Of a stretch of 45,355 nucleotides of DNA, positions 1-13,043 are shown piece after piece. Made by a program: the position numbers and the translations under genes. The DNA is from Sphaeroforma arctica JP610. Its lineage: Eukaryota. The stretch covers positions 64,048 to 109,402 of the forward strand of contig NW_014040331.1 in the NCBI RefSeq assembly GCF_001186125.1, given 5' to 3'. Numbering within the stretch: position 1 is the stretch's first letter; the number at the start of each line of letters is the position of its first letter. A model generated the notes under the pieces. That model saw only the letters and a program-made list of their open reading frames with translations, was not told the DNA's origin and made no database searches.

Positions 1-192
1 ATGTATATATATCAAATTATATTTATATTTATTTATATATATATGTGTTTTATGTTTATATATATATATGGGTGCATGTTTGTATATACAAGTATATATA
101 TATGAGTGTATGTTTGTAGATACAAGTATATAAATATGTATCTAATTTTATTTGAATAAATATATACAAATATGGGTATATAATATGTAGGC

Positions 193-232
<40 letters not shown>

Positions 233-440
233 GCGTGTGTCTATGTGTGCGTGTGTGTGTCTGTGTGCATATATATATATGTGTGTATGTATGTATAATA
301 TATATATATATATATATATACAATACATATATATATATATACTTATACATATATATGTATCTCGGTCTGTGTGTATGTATGTATATATCCATATTTAAAT
401 ATATACATACATGTATACATGTTTATATATATATATAAAT
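1..440. repeat. (TA)n/(TG)n microsatellite field; similar fields at 1100-1430, 11000-12250, 12960-13190, 24080-24245, 27770-27920, 29400-30145, 41580-41880
   Basis: Dinucleotide runs that give rise to the YI/HT/CV artefact ORFs. Confidence 0.95.
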
Positions 441-615
441 AAATTCAAGTGCACACGTATCTACATTTATAAGGTCGTTGAATACGTTTTCTGTTAGTAG
501 TTGTGTTACTTCTGCACTCGGCCATAAAATCTTTTTTGGCGAATTTTGCACGCTAGTTTCGAATCCTCCAGCCCAATTTCTATTCATGTATATTACTTTT
601 ATTCTTGTCGCGCAG

Positions 616-872
616 GATACGGTAAACTTCACATGGATGTTCTGGTAGAGGGCTTCGAGGCACCAACAGATGCTGAATCAGCTGACACAGTCGAAGCACA
701 TGCCGCTCGCGACCGAATCTCTGTTGGTAGTGGCAATGCGGGTGTGGGGGGCAATTCTACCCGTAGTGGATCATCGTTAACTACATCCTCATCTAATCAA
801 GAAAAACATTTTCTGTATCACAGCGAAAACAGGCTGCCCGATCACGACGAGGAGAATGTGACCAGGTATTAA
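616..872 (+). CDS. Probable (terminal?) coding exon of an unidentified gene whose upstream part lies outside the window
   Basis: Complex-sequence island between (TA)n tracts. Acceptor ttcttgtcgcgcag|G at 615/616; open frame GYGKLHMDVLVEGFEAPTDAES...DEENVTRY* (alternative donor AG|GTATTA at 865/866). No recognisable domain. Confidence 0.45.
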
Positions 873-1241
873 AGTCAGTTATGAACAGTGAGACTAGGCG
901 ATCGTGGGAATATTTCAGTTGTGTGTACACGGCAAAATTGTTGGTGGATGTGTGGGTAGTACATACTTATGATCAGCCATTGACGCCTGTCGAGTTTATG
1001 CGTACGCGCATGCTCCGGATATGCTATTGTATATGACATAAATAGAGGCAGAAAGGCTTTTATCACGAATCGTTTGTGTATGTAGGAATATGGAATATGT
1101 ATACAAGTATTGTATAATATATATATTATATATTTATAAATATATATATTAATGCACACACACATATATATATATATGTATGTACGTATATGTATATATA
1201 TATATATATATATATGCACATATAAATATATATGTATGTAC

Positions 1242-1276
<35 letters not shown>

Positions 1277-1589
1277 TGTATGTATGTATATGTATAAATA
1301 AGATCTATATATATACTTGTATGTATGTATATGTATATATACATATATAAAGCGTATGTATGTATGTATTTGAACATATCTACATATACATGTGTATGTA
1401 AATACATTGTATATATATATATATAGTATGCGTATAAATACCCATATCCAAAGTTATCGCAACGCACCGTGTGCAGTAGTCACACACCGCCAGTACGAGG
1501 TCGCGCATTGTAATCACGAAATATCAAATCTATTGTACGTGGTCGCATAGCATTTGTGTATCAGACAGTACCACATGTGAGTAGTCACC

Positions 1590-1910
1590 TATCACAGAGA
1601 TGTGTGTTCGGTGCACAAACAGACTGTCAACCGCCGATATATAGGTCTTAGAAACGCATTAGGTTCAATTTGGAGTAGTTCACGACCGGCGGTGCTTGTT
1701 GCCATGGATATCATTTAGATCGAGTCCTTCTACACATACATCTGTGACATTCGGAAAAGCTCAGCCGGACTCTCAGCTGCCGTTTGTCGAGAACCAATGG
1801 AATGTTTAGATACAATCGAGAACTGGAGAATTGTTTGCAAGCGGGTATATGGCATCATATTGCCGAATTGACCCTCGTAGTCGAGTTTAACAATCCAAAC
1901 TACGGTGGGC
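1590..1910 (+). mobile_element. Decayed Ty3/Gypsy-type integrase fragment
   Basis: Hand translation across stops and frameshifts: CVRC (1603, CxxC of the HHCC finger), LGSIWSSSRPAVLVAMDII (first catalytic D at 1707, cf. RPFExVAMDII), then SRTNGMFRYNRELENCLQ..IWHHI..VEFNN (cf. PQxNGxVERxNRTLK..W..YN). The spacing implies an internal deletion. Confidence 0.65.
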
Positions 1911-2015
1911 TAGTAGGACGATGGTATGTCGGTGAACTAGCGATACACTCGGAAAGCCGGCACTGTAAAACCATGACACCACATTTACGTTATCGGGTAT
2001 GGCGATGCAGTGCTG

Positions 2016-2192
2016 CTAATGGCTGCCATGTGTAGCGGAAATGAACTGTTGTAGTTCGCAGATTGGGTGAAAGGCAGACGCGATAGACCGAACTAAGCTG
2101 GGACTAATGGCTGCCATGTGTAGCGGAAATGAACTGTTGTAGTTCGCAGATTGGGTGAAAGGCAGACGCGATAGACCGAACTAAGCTGGGAC
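2016..2192. repeat. Exact 88-bp tandem duplication
   Basis: ctaatggctgccatgtgtagcggaaatg...actaagctggga starts at 2016 and again at 2104. Confidence 0.95.
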
Positions 2193-2444
2193 AAATAAAT
2201 TGGTATCTTTGCACAATGGTTCATCTCCAGGTATTTATCTGGGATGCTGTTTGAATCTGAACTGTAATGTTATCAACAAGTGTAGATTTGTATAGTTTTC
2301 GCCTGTCAACACGAGCCAGTAGTTTTACTAGTATTTGGCACGATGGATGGACGTATAATCTTTCCTATATTGTACATGAAACGTAACGAATAATCAACCG
2401 GGCACAAATGGTAATAATGAAATGACTACAGACGTTAAACTTGT

Positions 2445-2985
2445 GTATTACTTCAACAACATGATTGACACATACATTACACGCTCTCGATAGGCGTAAG
2501 AAATGAGCCCGTTCGTTCCTGCGATACACTTTAGCCACGTGATCCAAAAATGATATTTCTGTAGAAACATTCTACAGAAACCGATTTCACGAGTTTAACA
2601 CATGTATTACTTCAGCTCTCGATGGCGTATTATATAAGCCCATTCGCCCCTGTGATGCACTATAATCACGTGATTCTTGATGGTTACATCTGCGGATCCA
2701 TCCTACGAACGATGGCAGCAGGTGTTGAATAGGTTTGCTACTTCAGCAACATGATTGGCACTTACATTACACGTACTTGAAAGGCGTCATAAATGAGCCC
2801 ATCGGCCCTGCGATACACTAAAACCACGTGATTCTTGATAGTTACTTCTGTAGTTTCATTCTACGAACAATGGGTCACTTACATTACCCGCACTCGATAA
2901 GCGTGATTGGCCCGTCCGCCCCTACGGTACGCAATAGCCGCGTGATTCCTGGTGAGTTTTTCTGTAGATCGATTCTACGAATATT
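2445..2985. repeat. Four diverged tandem copies of a ~110-160 bp unit
   Basis: Recurring blocks tacttcarc / acattacacg / gagccc / gcgatacact / cacgtgattc / ttctgtag / attctacga, with copies starting near 2448, 2607, 2740 and 2875. Confidence 0.75.
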
Positions 2986-3209
2986 AAACCATTTACGATC
3001 CGAACTGGTCACTATTCCGGAATCGATTGTTTCATAAATTCGTAATCAAACGATCGTGATTGTAGACTGTAGCAATAATGTTCAGTGTACTGTATGCTGC
3101 ATACACACTCAGCCTCCTCCACAATGGCATTGTCATTATTACCCACTACTGTAGTACCAATTCTTCTTGTATGGTCCACACTAGTCCTGGTTAGTTGTCG
3201 CTACCTTTA

Positions 3210-3945
3210 CCACGAGGCATGGGAAGAGTGCTCAGACAAGTGAGGGACAACAGGGGAGAGGAAATACCATAGGCTCAACCGGATTGTCCAAAGATAAACG
3301 AGGTATCTACGATAATTGAAATAGCGAACGCTAAAACCGTCGATAATGAATATCATCATGTGACTGACTTAGAGATGAGTGCGACAGAGCTTTTGGTGCA
3401 TATGGCGTGTTCATGGTCATGCGAGCACGTCTTACGTTTCATATACACAGTGATCATAAACCGTTGAAGAACCTTCTACAGGGTAGGCTGCTACTTCGGA
3501 CACTTCGAAAGCGAAACAGCAAAATGTGCGGCGTGCGTTGGAGACGGCTAGTTGCATTGATGCGGTGGTCGAGCATATTTTGGAGCATTTCGAAGTATTG
3601 GGAGACTGCCCGTTACGGCTTGGCCCGGATGTGATGGATACAGTGTTTCATTCCGTTGCACGTAGAGTGACGTTTGGATGGCCACTGGAACAGTGCAAAC
3701 CTGTTGACGCACTACCCATGCTATCTGTGCCATATGATACGAACGAAGATATCAGTTGCTGGGCTGAAGCAGGTTAGACGGGAGCGGCAATGAGTATGCA
3801 TCCGAAGTGAGCAGCCATAGCAAGGTAACGGTGGCGCTTTTTTTAAGAGCGCGAACGCAGTAGTAGCGGTCCCAGTATGGCTGGCGCGACGTGGTTTCTC
3901 ACGTTTTATACCATGCTGGAGGATGTGCCCATTGTAGTTTCTCCT
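3210..3945 (+). mobile_element. Decayed Ty3/Gypsy pol fragment (RNase H plus integrase zinc finger)
   Basis: Ordered motifs across frameshifts: RGMGRVLRQVRDNRGEEIP (cf. GIGAVLxQ..GxExPIA), MSATELL, TFHIHSDHKPLKNLL (cf. FxxxTDHKPL), VRRALE..DAVVEHI..VLGDCPLR (cf. ExIxGxxNxxADALSR), then H..SH and YGWRDV..CAHC (HHCC-like). Confidence 0.7.
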
Positions 3946-4311
3946 GAGGAGGATACGGAGGGGTTTTTTGGGATAACAAACGGTTGGGGTACACCTTAAT
4001 CAAACTGTTGCAGAGCAATCGGACGGAAACGTTGTAATATTCTCCCCGTGTATTTTGGAAGTGCTTGGGCTTCCAATTCAAGCGGTATGGGGAACACCGA
4101 CGGTAAAAACTTATATTATCAGTATGAGAAACCTTCTGCAGAACACTTTAACACTTCGATGATATGCTATTTCGACTTATATGCCACTAAATCTCACGCT
4201 GATCACATGATGCTTCTTAGCATAGGTTGTGACTGTTGCATAGGGATAATATAATTTATTTCAAAAATGGCAAGTATGTATGATACAATGTATGAACATA
4301 TGGTATGACTC

Positions 4312-6732
4312 TCATAGTCGCTGTAGTGGTTCAGGAAAGATTGATGGGAAGAAGTGGTCAGTAAATTCCCGTTTGAAGCTTGGGCCAAGTGAGTCGACAA
4401 TGGAAGATATGTGCTGAGTCAATTCGGGCCGATGTTGACAAAACACTGTTACTATCGCATGTTCCATATATTTGCTTGCTGACCTACTAAGTAGAGTACC
4501 CACCTCTGTGTTACGGATCGGGTCTGCGCCGTGTAGTGCCGCGGAATGGGTTAGTGAAGAGTACGAAATACCGAGAACGACCAGGTTATCCGTCATAATC
4601 CGGTCGAGAAGCGAGGATGGGGGTAAGCCAATGCCGCACCAGACCACGGATGAATTCGATATGTATTGTCTGGCCTGGATCGGAAGTATCATAGTCGGAA
4701 CCAACAAGCGCGGTGATTTGGTTTGAACCGATATTTGGAAGTAGTATTTCAACAGCGTGATTAGCCGGGGTATGGGAAACATCTGTTGATGTGTCAGGGA
4801 CGAGCGAGGATACGGTGGTTCTTCAACATGCTGGAGAAAAGATCCAAGGTGTTCGTGGAGGGTCCAGATACTGTGGAAGTCGTAGTACTCCTGTAATTGC
4901 TGAAGGAGGTCAGGGCCAATGGGCGGCAGTTTCGGGCCCACCAGGATGCGTCGAATCAGTTGTTGGATGCAGGTAAAGTGGCTGGTAGTGAACTTGTGGC
5001 TACCGGGGCAGACAGGGCAGAGACAGCCGTATGTGCGGTAGTCGAGCAATGTGAACATGTACGTATTCGTTACAATCATAGCACAGAGCCGGATTAGTGT
5101 AGACTTGAAGCAGCGATTGAAGCTATCGTGTCTGGCTGTGTCTTGGTTTGAGGTTGGCGGTTTACCCATAACCAGTTGGTAGTAATATTGGCGCCGGGCC
5201 ATTGCCGCGATCTCCTTGTTGGACCAACGTTTTGTTGAGTTCATCCTGATGTCGTCACAGCGTTGGCGGAGGGCTACATGGTCGGGTGTACGCCCGCCCG
5301 TGGTTTTGTGTACAGTTTTCAGGTGAGCATAGATACTGTACGGGAAGCGCAGTGATGGTTTATCGTGGGCCCAGGCGGGATGCGTCAGAGGGGTAAGTGG
5401 ATTTGTGCTTGCCTTTGAGTCGAGTTGTATTCCCAGGCAACCTCCGAGGTAGTCCGCGAATGGTCGCGCGGGTAGCAGGCCGCAAAAGTGAAGTAAGCTT
5501 GTTTGATGTTTGGGAAACCGAGGGTATTTAGTGCCCGTGATGATGGCTGCTGCTTGGATGAGTGCTGAGTTAAAGCGCTCGAATAGGGGGCCCAACGCAT
5601 CCTTCAATATAGGCGGAGCCCAGGCAATAATGTTCAGCCCATATGTAGCCGTGGATAGGATGAATGTTTTGAACATCACCAGTCGGTTGTGGGGGTGTCG
5701 CCAGCTGAAGCCATGGAAGCCATAAGCGCGGAAAGAGGCGATACCCAGTGACAATGCTGCAACCAGTGATTCCATATGTCTAGCGAGGTTGATTCCTGGT
5801 ACTCCGTGAGAGAGTGGGAACCCCAGGTATTTGGAGTGTTTCGGTTCGGCATGTGTGGGCGCCAGTTTCAGGGGGAGGTAACGTGTGTTCCAAGGTGCAT
5901 CTGCAAGCGTCGGCGTGATAAGTTCACCATATATACGGAGGGTTGGCGCCGCGTGTCGCAAGTTGGTAGATCGTACTCGGGGTTTAATGACACCCTGTTC
6001 GAGGCCAGATTTGCGTCCCCACGCATCAATGTAATCTAAGAAGGGCTGGAGCGAAACCGATCGAGGGGCTTGGATCCGTGTGTTATCGAGAAATAAATAA
6101 GAGCGGAGGAGCTTGGGCCGAAATTGTGCTAGCGTGACAGCTAAGGAATCTATGTAGATAATAAAGAGCTGGGGGTCGACGATTGAGCCTTGTAGGATGC
6201 CATTCGTTCTATGGAATAGAGACGAGAGCGTGCCGCGGTATATCACTCGGGTAGGGACCCTCCCAAACAGCGCGCGGAGGCAGTTGATCCAGTTTTCGGG
6301 CATTCCAGCGTGACGCAGAAGTACCTATAGGCGTGGGAGAGCGACCTTGTCGTATGCCTTGGTTATGTCCAGACAGACGTCGTTCCACTCCTCTTCTGAC
6401 TGTGTCTCAGATTCCATGGCGGCAAGTGCTTGTGTATGACAGGAGTACCGTGATTTGAAGCCAGCTTGGGTAGCATGGGTAGCAGAGCCGGGGTGGCTCG
6501 TAATCAGATTAAGAAAGCACTTTTCAAAGATGCGTCTGACTATTTGCGTAAGCGTGATGGGGCGGAAGTCGGCGGGGGAGGTGATATCTGCATCGGCTTT
6601 CTTTGGGTGCACTATCAGGAGGCTGCAGTTCAGGGCTGCGGGGATGGTACCCGCCTTCAGTAGCTCAGTGAATGCTTCGGCAAGGAGTCTAATCAGTGGG
6701 CTATTGGCGTCGGGGCGTCTTAGTTCATGGAG
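4312..6732 (-). mobile_element. 5'-truncated, inactivated non-LTR (LINE-like) retrotransposon ORF: reverse transcriptase, CCHC knuckle and C-terminal extension
   Basis: ORFs 6325-6612 and 4312-6303 are one frame separated only by TAG (6325-6327). Motifs: LLAEAFTELLKAGTIP..IVHPKK, DFRPITL, QAGF, CLDITKAYDKV, GILQGS..P.LFIIYID, FLDN in place of (Y/F)ADD (6082-6093), KYLG, CPVC..H..C (4969-5019). AATAAA on the minus strand near 4255-4260. No endonuclease or ORF1 seen. Confidence 0.9.
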
Positions 6733-7327
6733 CTAACACTCTCATCATCATCCATCAGAAGGGGGTTTTCTAAGTCAGTGGTTTCAACTACATTTTTTTA
6801 CAAACTCTGACTGCAACACAGGGTACATCGAAGCTTTATATCAATGTACCTATGTCGGCTATAGTAATACGAATTAGAATGTATATTATTATGTTCCTCT
6901 TTATCGCTAATAAGCTTCTTGTTGGGCACCTCGCGCCCATAAAAATACTGGAACATACAGAGCTGGATACAAACGCGTTCATTCAAATGATATTTTTATG
7001 ACATTCATTCAAATGATGATTTTATGACACTTATCGCGTTAATCCCACCGATAGGCTCACAATGGGGGTTTAAAGCCACGTTTATTCACAGCTATACCGC
7101 AGGTTGGGGTGCGTTGATGTCGAATACACCGTGAAACATATCTGCAACAACATTTCTCAGTCTCGCAAGAGAAATCAGTCCCTTATCTCAACTCACAGTA
7201 CTAATTACTTTATTATACAGACTATGTCTACAATAGTAGACTTCTTTCTAGACGCTTGCCCTAGCCCTATACCAAGCCGCACGCAGCTACTTGCACAGTA
7301 TATGTCATTACTGTTTCTATATATTTT

Positions 7328-7463
7328 CTACCGGAACGTGCACTGGTGGCCACATCCCGTAGGGCATAACACCTGTTTGGTAAACCAATCGTTCATGTGC
7401 TGCAAGTGTCCTCCATGGCCACACCCCTGGCACCACAAGTACGGGCCTCCCACCACTTGGCGA
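7328..7463 (-). CDS. WDR24: WDR24 exon 20 (RING)
   Basis: [44 protein letters not shown]; acceptor catacag. This frame is absent from the ORF track. Confidence 0.95.
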
Positions 7464-10400
7464 CTGTATGGGGATGAGTATGTAGGTATACTTTAGTGTG
7501 TGAATAGCCAAATGTACGTGTGAATTCAGTGGCGTACGCGTATAAGGGTTCAGAATGTTTGTGAAATCAATCATTCATGTACTGCAAATGTCCCTCATGC
7601 TCCCACTCCTCACTCCACAGATACGGGTGGGAACTATATGAGAGGCACTATGCTGGAATGTGCAGTATATGTACAAGTAAAATACACGGATAGAAACATG
7701 CACATTGGAGGCAAAGAGTCTATATCCACCGGGTAATATGGTGCCAACCAAGCCAAAGGCAGCTGACAGTATATCTTGGGCGAACACATCCTGCTCATAC
7801 TACAGAATCAACCACATCTCCGCCTGCTAGCGAATGTGCTATTAGTAAACTCAAAGCATGCAAGTTTTTAAACGGAAAACCCTTAGATACGACAACACTC
7901 ACCCCCAAACATAACGGCCAATGATGCTTAATGAACGTAATGTATAGGTATTCAATATGTATATGGAAAATAGAAAAAATAAATGATTATGGGTACTCCG
8001 CTTATAGGAGCCTAATGAAAAAGCTTCGATGATCAAAAGCAATCACTAGCAATGGTACTCAATCTTTCAGATCTAACGCTAGCAGATACAGTAGCTCGCC
8101 TTTCGTCCGGCAGAAGTAGGTACCACTCAAGCAGCTACATACACAAATTTATATGTACATTGCATTATGTATACATACAATGTGTGAATATTATTAAGTA
8201 TATACATGTGTCGCTCTACATGATCTAGATTGCGCACACGTGATATACGCATCGCAATGGCCATACCAAAGGCTGCACAAGCTGTTGAGTCTCGAGTGAC
8301 AGTGCTTGCAACCGGGTCCGTTGCCTAACAGCGGCTTCAGGCATGTACTGCACGACAGGTAGATCGTTGTTGAGTCCTGCCAAGGTGTCATGCCAGAAGG
8401 TGTCATGTTAGATGGTGTCAATGGCAATTATCTAGACTCATATAAACAAACGTAAAGATACACAGATAAACACTCATGCTATGTAATTATGACCGAATAT
8501 ACACGCAAACACAGACACACAGACACACAGACACAGACACAGACATATACATATATATAATATCCATAAGGGCACACTTCAATGCATTGACACTCATGCA
8601 TCACAGAATGCGCAATCATACCATATACAGACACTCCAACACACGACTTAGAAAGTACTCAAACTACTATCTACTCATGCTTACGCCAACAACACTCTCG
8701 ATGGTTACTCTCGTACCTACCAATCATACTGACATCGCCCTACATACTTGATTGATCTCATTGATGGCTGGCACTATGCTCTGCTTGATCAGCACATTCG
8801 CCAGCGCAAACTCACTGCGTCTGTGCAGAATATCTATGTAGGCCGAGAACCACTCCTCAAACATCTGCTGCGTAAACGAGCGTGGCAAGGACTCCACATG
8901 GCACCCCAACACTTGCACCAGCGTACAGCAGAACTGCACATCGCCCTGCGGGTGTGTGTATGTGGACAAGGATGGTGGGCATGACTTGATCAGGTATGCC
9001 TGTAGGTCTTTGGTGTGTTTTGATGAGTGTGTGTATGCTATACAGGTGTGTGTATGTGGACAAGCATTGTGGGCATGACTTGATCAGATATGCCTGTAGG
9101 TCTTTGTTGTGTGTTGATGTGTGTGTGTATGCTATGCAGGTGTGCGTATGTGGACAAGGATGGTGCGCATGGCTTAAATACTAAAGGATGTATCGTAGGT
9201 GTGTTTATAGGTTTGTCGTGTGTTGATGGATGTGTGTACGCCCTAGAGGCGTACGCGTGGAGAAGGATTGCAGGTATTGCTAAGGGATACAAAGCATGTT
9301 GGTATGTCTTTGGTGTGTGTGTTGGTGTATGTGTAGACGCAAATGGTCGCCTTGAAAATGACTATATTCCTGTGGATGCGGATATAAGTGAGAATAGTTG
9401 TCCACACATGCGTGTATTTATATCTATTTGTTTATAAATAACAAACTTTAGAGCTGTATGTATTGTACTTTCGCAGCCACACTTTGAAATATATTTTTCA
9501 ACGTATTGAATTGCACGTGTGCAATAGGCAGGATTAGAAATATAGAAAGTATCGTGATACACGTACATACATATCAACAAATAGAGATAAGCCTGTCATA
9601 GTGAGGGCAAGCGTTGTGTCTACGCCGAGAACAAGAGAACGTTTCTACATTGAGCTCCTGACGAACACATGGTAGTCTGTTTCTACGACCCAAAAGTCAT
9701 GCACTTTAGAAACAACCAATACAATTGCGTGCATGCGCTTGGACTTGCCTGGTCTGCACTAAAGCTCAGCACATCCGCTACAATAGCCGGCGTCGCCCAG
9801 GGGGAGGTCTGTGTTTTTCTGGACTGAGATGTCCTATAAATAGAACACGTGACGAGATCAAATCAGTGTGGAGTGGGTCGGCAAATCGGTACAGTTTAAC
9901 GGGAAAATGGTCTCAAACATACACAATGCAGCGTGGCTGCGCCTATGAGATGAACTATACCTATCCATCCTTGACAAGCCGTACTCAGGTAGGAGGGTAG
10001 GGTCAGGGTGGGTATAGTCACACCAACGAATTGGGAGCGTTGCTAAGAAACGTGCCTCAGAAGCCTTAACATCTGGACAGTGGTGCGTGTTTTCAACCCT
10101 GTACGTTCTATATATGTACACTGCTACAGATACTGCTGTCGAGTTGCCTTTGTGTACGTGCGAACCCCGATTGGGAGATTGAGAAACTTTGGTAGGAAAT
10201 AAACAGACCTGAATTAGATATGGACCCAAACACATTAAACCCAAAAACCCTGGAATCAGCGAGGTATGCGGGAAGGGAGAAGTGAAGCCTATGCGTGCGA
10301 TGTCTAATGATATTTGCCAAAGACTAATAGATGTGTGACTGGAAGGAGTACTAAGGACGAAGCGACTGAGAAACAATCCAACCCCCCCCCAAAAAAGAAC

Positions 10401-11300
10401 ACCTCAAATAGGGTGAGCAATACGAGATGGTAGAAAAAGACCGGGCAGAATGACCCAATTTCTTGATATACCCTTACCTAAATAATATGAAATGTAGAAT
10501 ATGATATATAAATACGTATACACCAGCCGATAACGCTATCAGGGCTATGGAAGACAGAGCTTAGCGCCAAAGTCTGCATACGAGAATGCTGTACACGATT
10601 AAACGCGATCTACATAGACGTACATCAGCAATTCAGCATGAACAGCAAGTGTCTCACAAGACAGCAGTGTCACTGAATACGTTAGCACAGATGATTCATA
10701 CACAACCACTCCATTTGGGAGCATTTGACAGCACATGACGGCTCCTACACACACACACACACACACACAAAACATACACGCACAGACACAGACACAGACA
10801 CAGACACACACAATTGATCTGTAGTAATACACACAGACACACAATTGATCTGAAGTAGTAGACACACCACACACACACACACACAATTGATCAGTAGTAA
10901 TACACACACACAGTGGAGAGATCATTGGCACAGTACTGATACTGCAATTACACTCGAGCATCGTCGAAGTGTATGTACATGCAAAGTCTTCCGTGTTTCC
11001 GTATACGTACATGTATAACGTATGTACATACACGTACAAAAGCACACATATAGAAATATGTACATATACATACATAAGCAGACATATACACATACGCACA
11101 TATACATACATAAGCACACATATACACATACGTACATATACATACATAAGCAGACTTATACACATACGAACATATACATACATAAGCACACATATACACA
11201 TACGTACATAAGAACACATATACACATACGTACATTACATACATAAGAACACATATATACTTACGTACATATACATAAATGACCATATATATATATATAT

Positions 11301-11371
<71 letters not shown>

Positions 11372-11897
11372 CACACACACCATGTGGGATCTCTGCCGTG
11401 TGCGTCCAGGGTGGCAGCAGGTCCAGGGTTTGCGGACCGAGCTGTGTCGGCAGTGGTCTTAACCCAAGACTCATAACCAATCAGAAACTGCGGGATGCAA
11501 GAAAATGCCACAGAACAGCCAATGAATGCCACAGATGAGACGACCATAGACAAGGAAGACACCGAACATTGCGTGGCAGTGTTTGCAAACAGGTTATTAG
11601 GAATGTGTACTTCAAAGCTTCGTTTAACTATACAAATGGGCTCATGAGTGGGATAGAAGAAAGCAAATGGAGTCCTGAAAAGGATAGGCGCGATACAGAC
11701 AATGTCATATATGACAGATACATCATTAGAAGTTAGTTGGATCATATATAACGCCATTTGAACGATCTTGTGTTTCGTTTCGGACACACATGCTCGTTGC
11801 GCATATAGGTACCGACAAATATTTCATAAACACACACATACACACGCACACACACACACACACACATATATATATACACATACATACATATATATAC

Positions 11898-11960
<63 letters not shown>

Positions 11961-12115
11961 TATATTATAAATATATAATATATATATGCATGCTTACAAA
12001 CACCAACACCAACACCAACACAGACACCCACACAACCACATACAGACACACAGATATATATATACACATATACATAAATACATACATACATACATACCTA
12101 CATACCTACATACAT

Positions 12116-12148
<33 letters not shown>

Positions 12149-12187
12149 CATACATATATACACGGATGCATATATTAGTACACACAA

Positions 12188-12220
<33 letters not shown>

Positions 12221-12977
12221 CATACATATGTATATATATGTTATATATAACTGAGACACTGAGACTCACACTGGTGAGGCGTGAGATTAGATCGAATACG
12301 TCCTATGCCAAGACGGCGTGTGTATCTATAGTACACGTCTCCGCAGACACACACACACACATGCGCATACGAATCCACTACTGAGATATCACTACATCCC
12401 ATACAAACAGATATCCCTATATCCCCTACAAATATCCGACGCATGCACCAGCCCTACCGATTCTTGTGAGCTCAGACTGACACTGGCGAGGGGTGAGGTG
12501 AGATCGAATATGTCCTGTGCTAAGTTGAGGTCGTTTCCTTCGTCCGTATCGTTGTCGCTGTTGCTGCTGCTGTCAGTACTGTGCCCGTCTGAGCTCGATG
12601 TCGAGTGCAGGTCAACCTCACGTGGTACCGGTTTGTACCGCTTTATATGGAGGAGGGTAATAGAATACACAGAAGCAATGAGATCGATGGGTAAAGCTGT
12701 ATATGAGAAACTATATATGAGAGCAGTAGGAATATGCAGAAGGAATAGACGGGGATTTGGCTACATATGGGTCTACTGCTCAGTCGTACTCTTCATTTGA
12801 CAGCCTGCTGTGCTTGTGTTGACCGGATTTATTCAGAACAATACCGATCTGTACAGCTTTGCGTGTGCGCTGGGAGTCTGGATGAAGGTAGACCTCCACG
12901 ATAACTGCATGGGTGAATTTGCCATGGCGCATTTGTTCTCAGAACAGAAAACAACATGGACTATATATATATATATG

Positions 12978-13043
<66 letters not shown>

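Noticed and set aside
33..438. ORFs rich in YI/HT/CV dipeptides, here and throughout the window
   Set aside because: They are translations of (TA)n/(CA)n microsatellites.
2130..2225. Possible LTR (TGT start) and tRNA primer-binding site (tggtatc)
   Set aside because: The match is only 7 nt, with no second LTR or target-site duplication found.
6325..6327. Programmed TAG read-through or alternative genetic code in the RT
   Set aside because: WDR24 ends in TAG and the RT catalytic motif is also damaged, so simple decay is more parsimonious.
10624..10672. Candidate extra WDR24 exon ([15 protein letters not shown])
   Set aside because: Its phase is incompatible with the open frame of exon 15, which joins 10098 directly.
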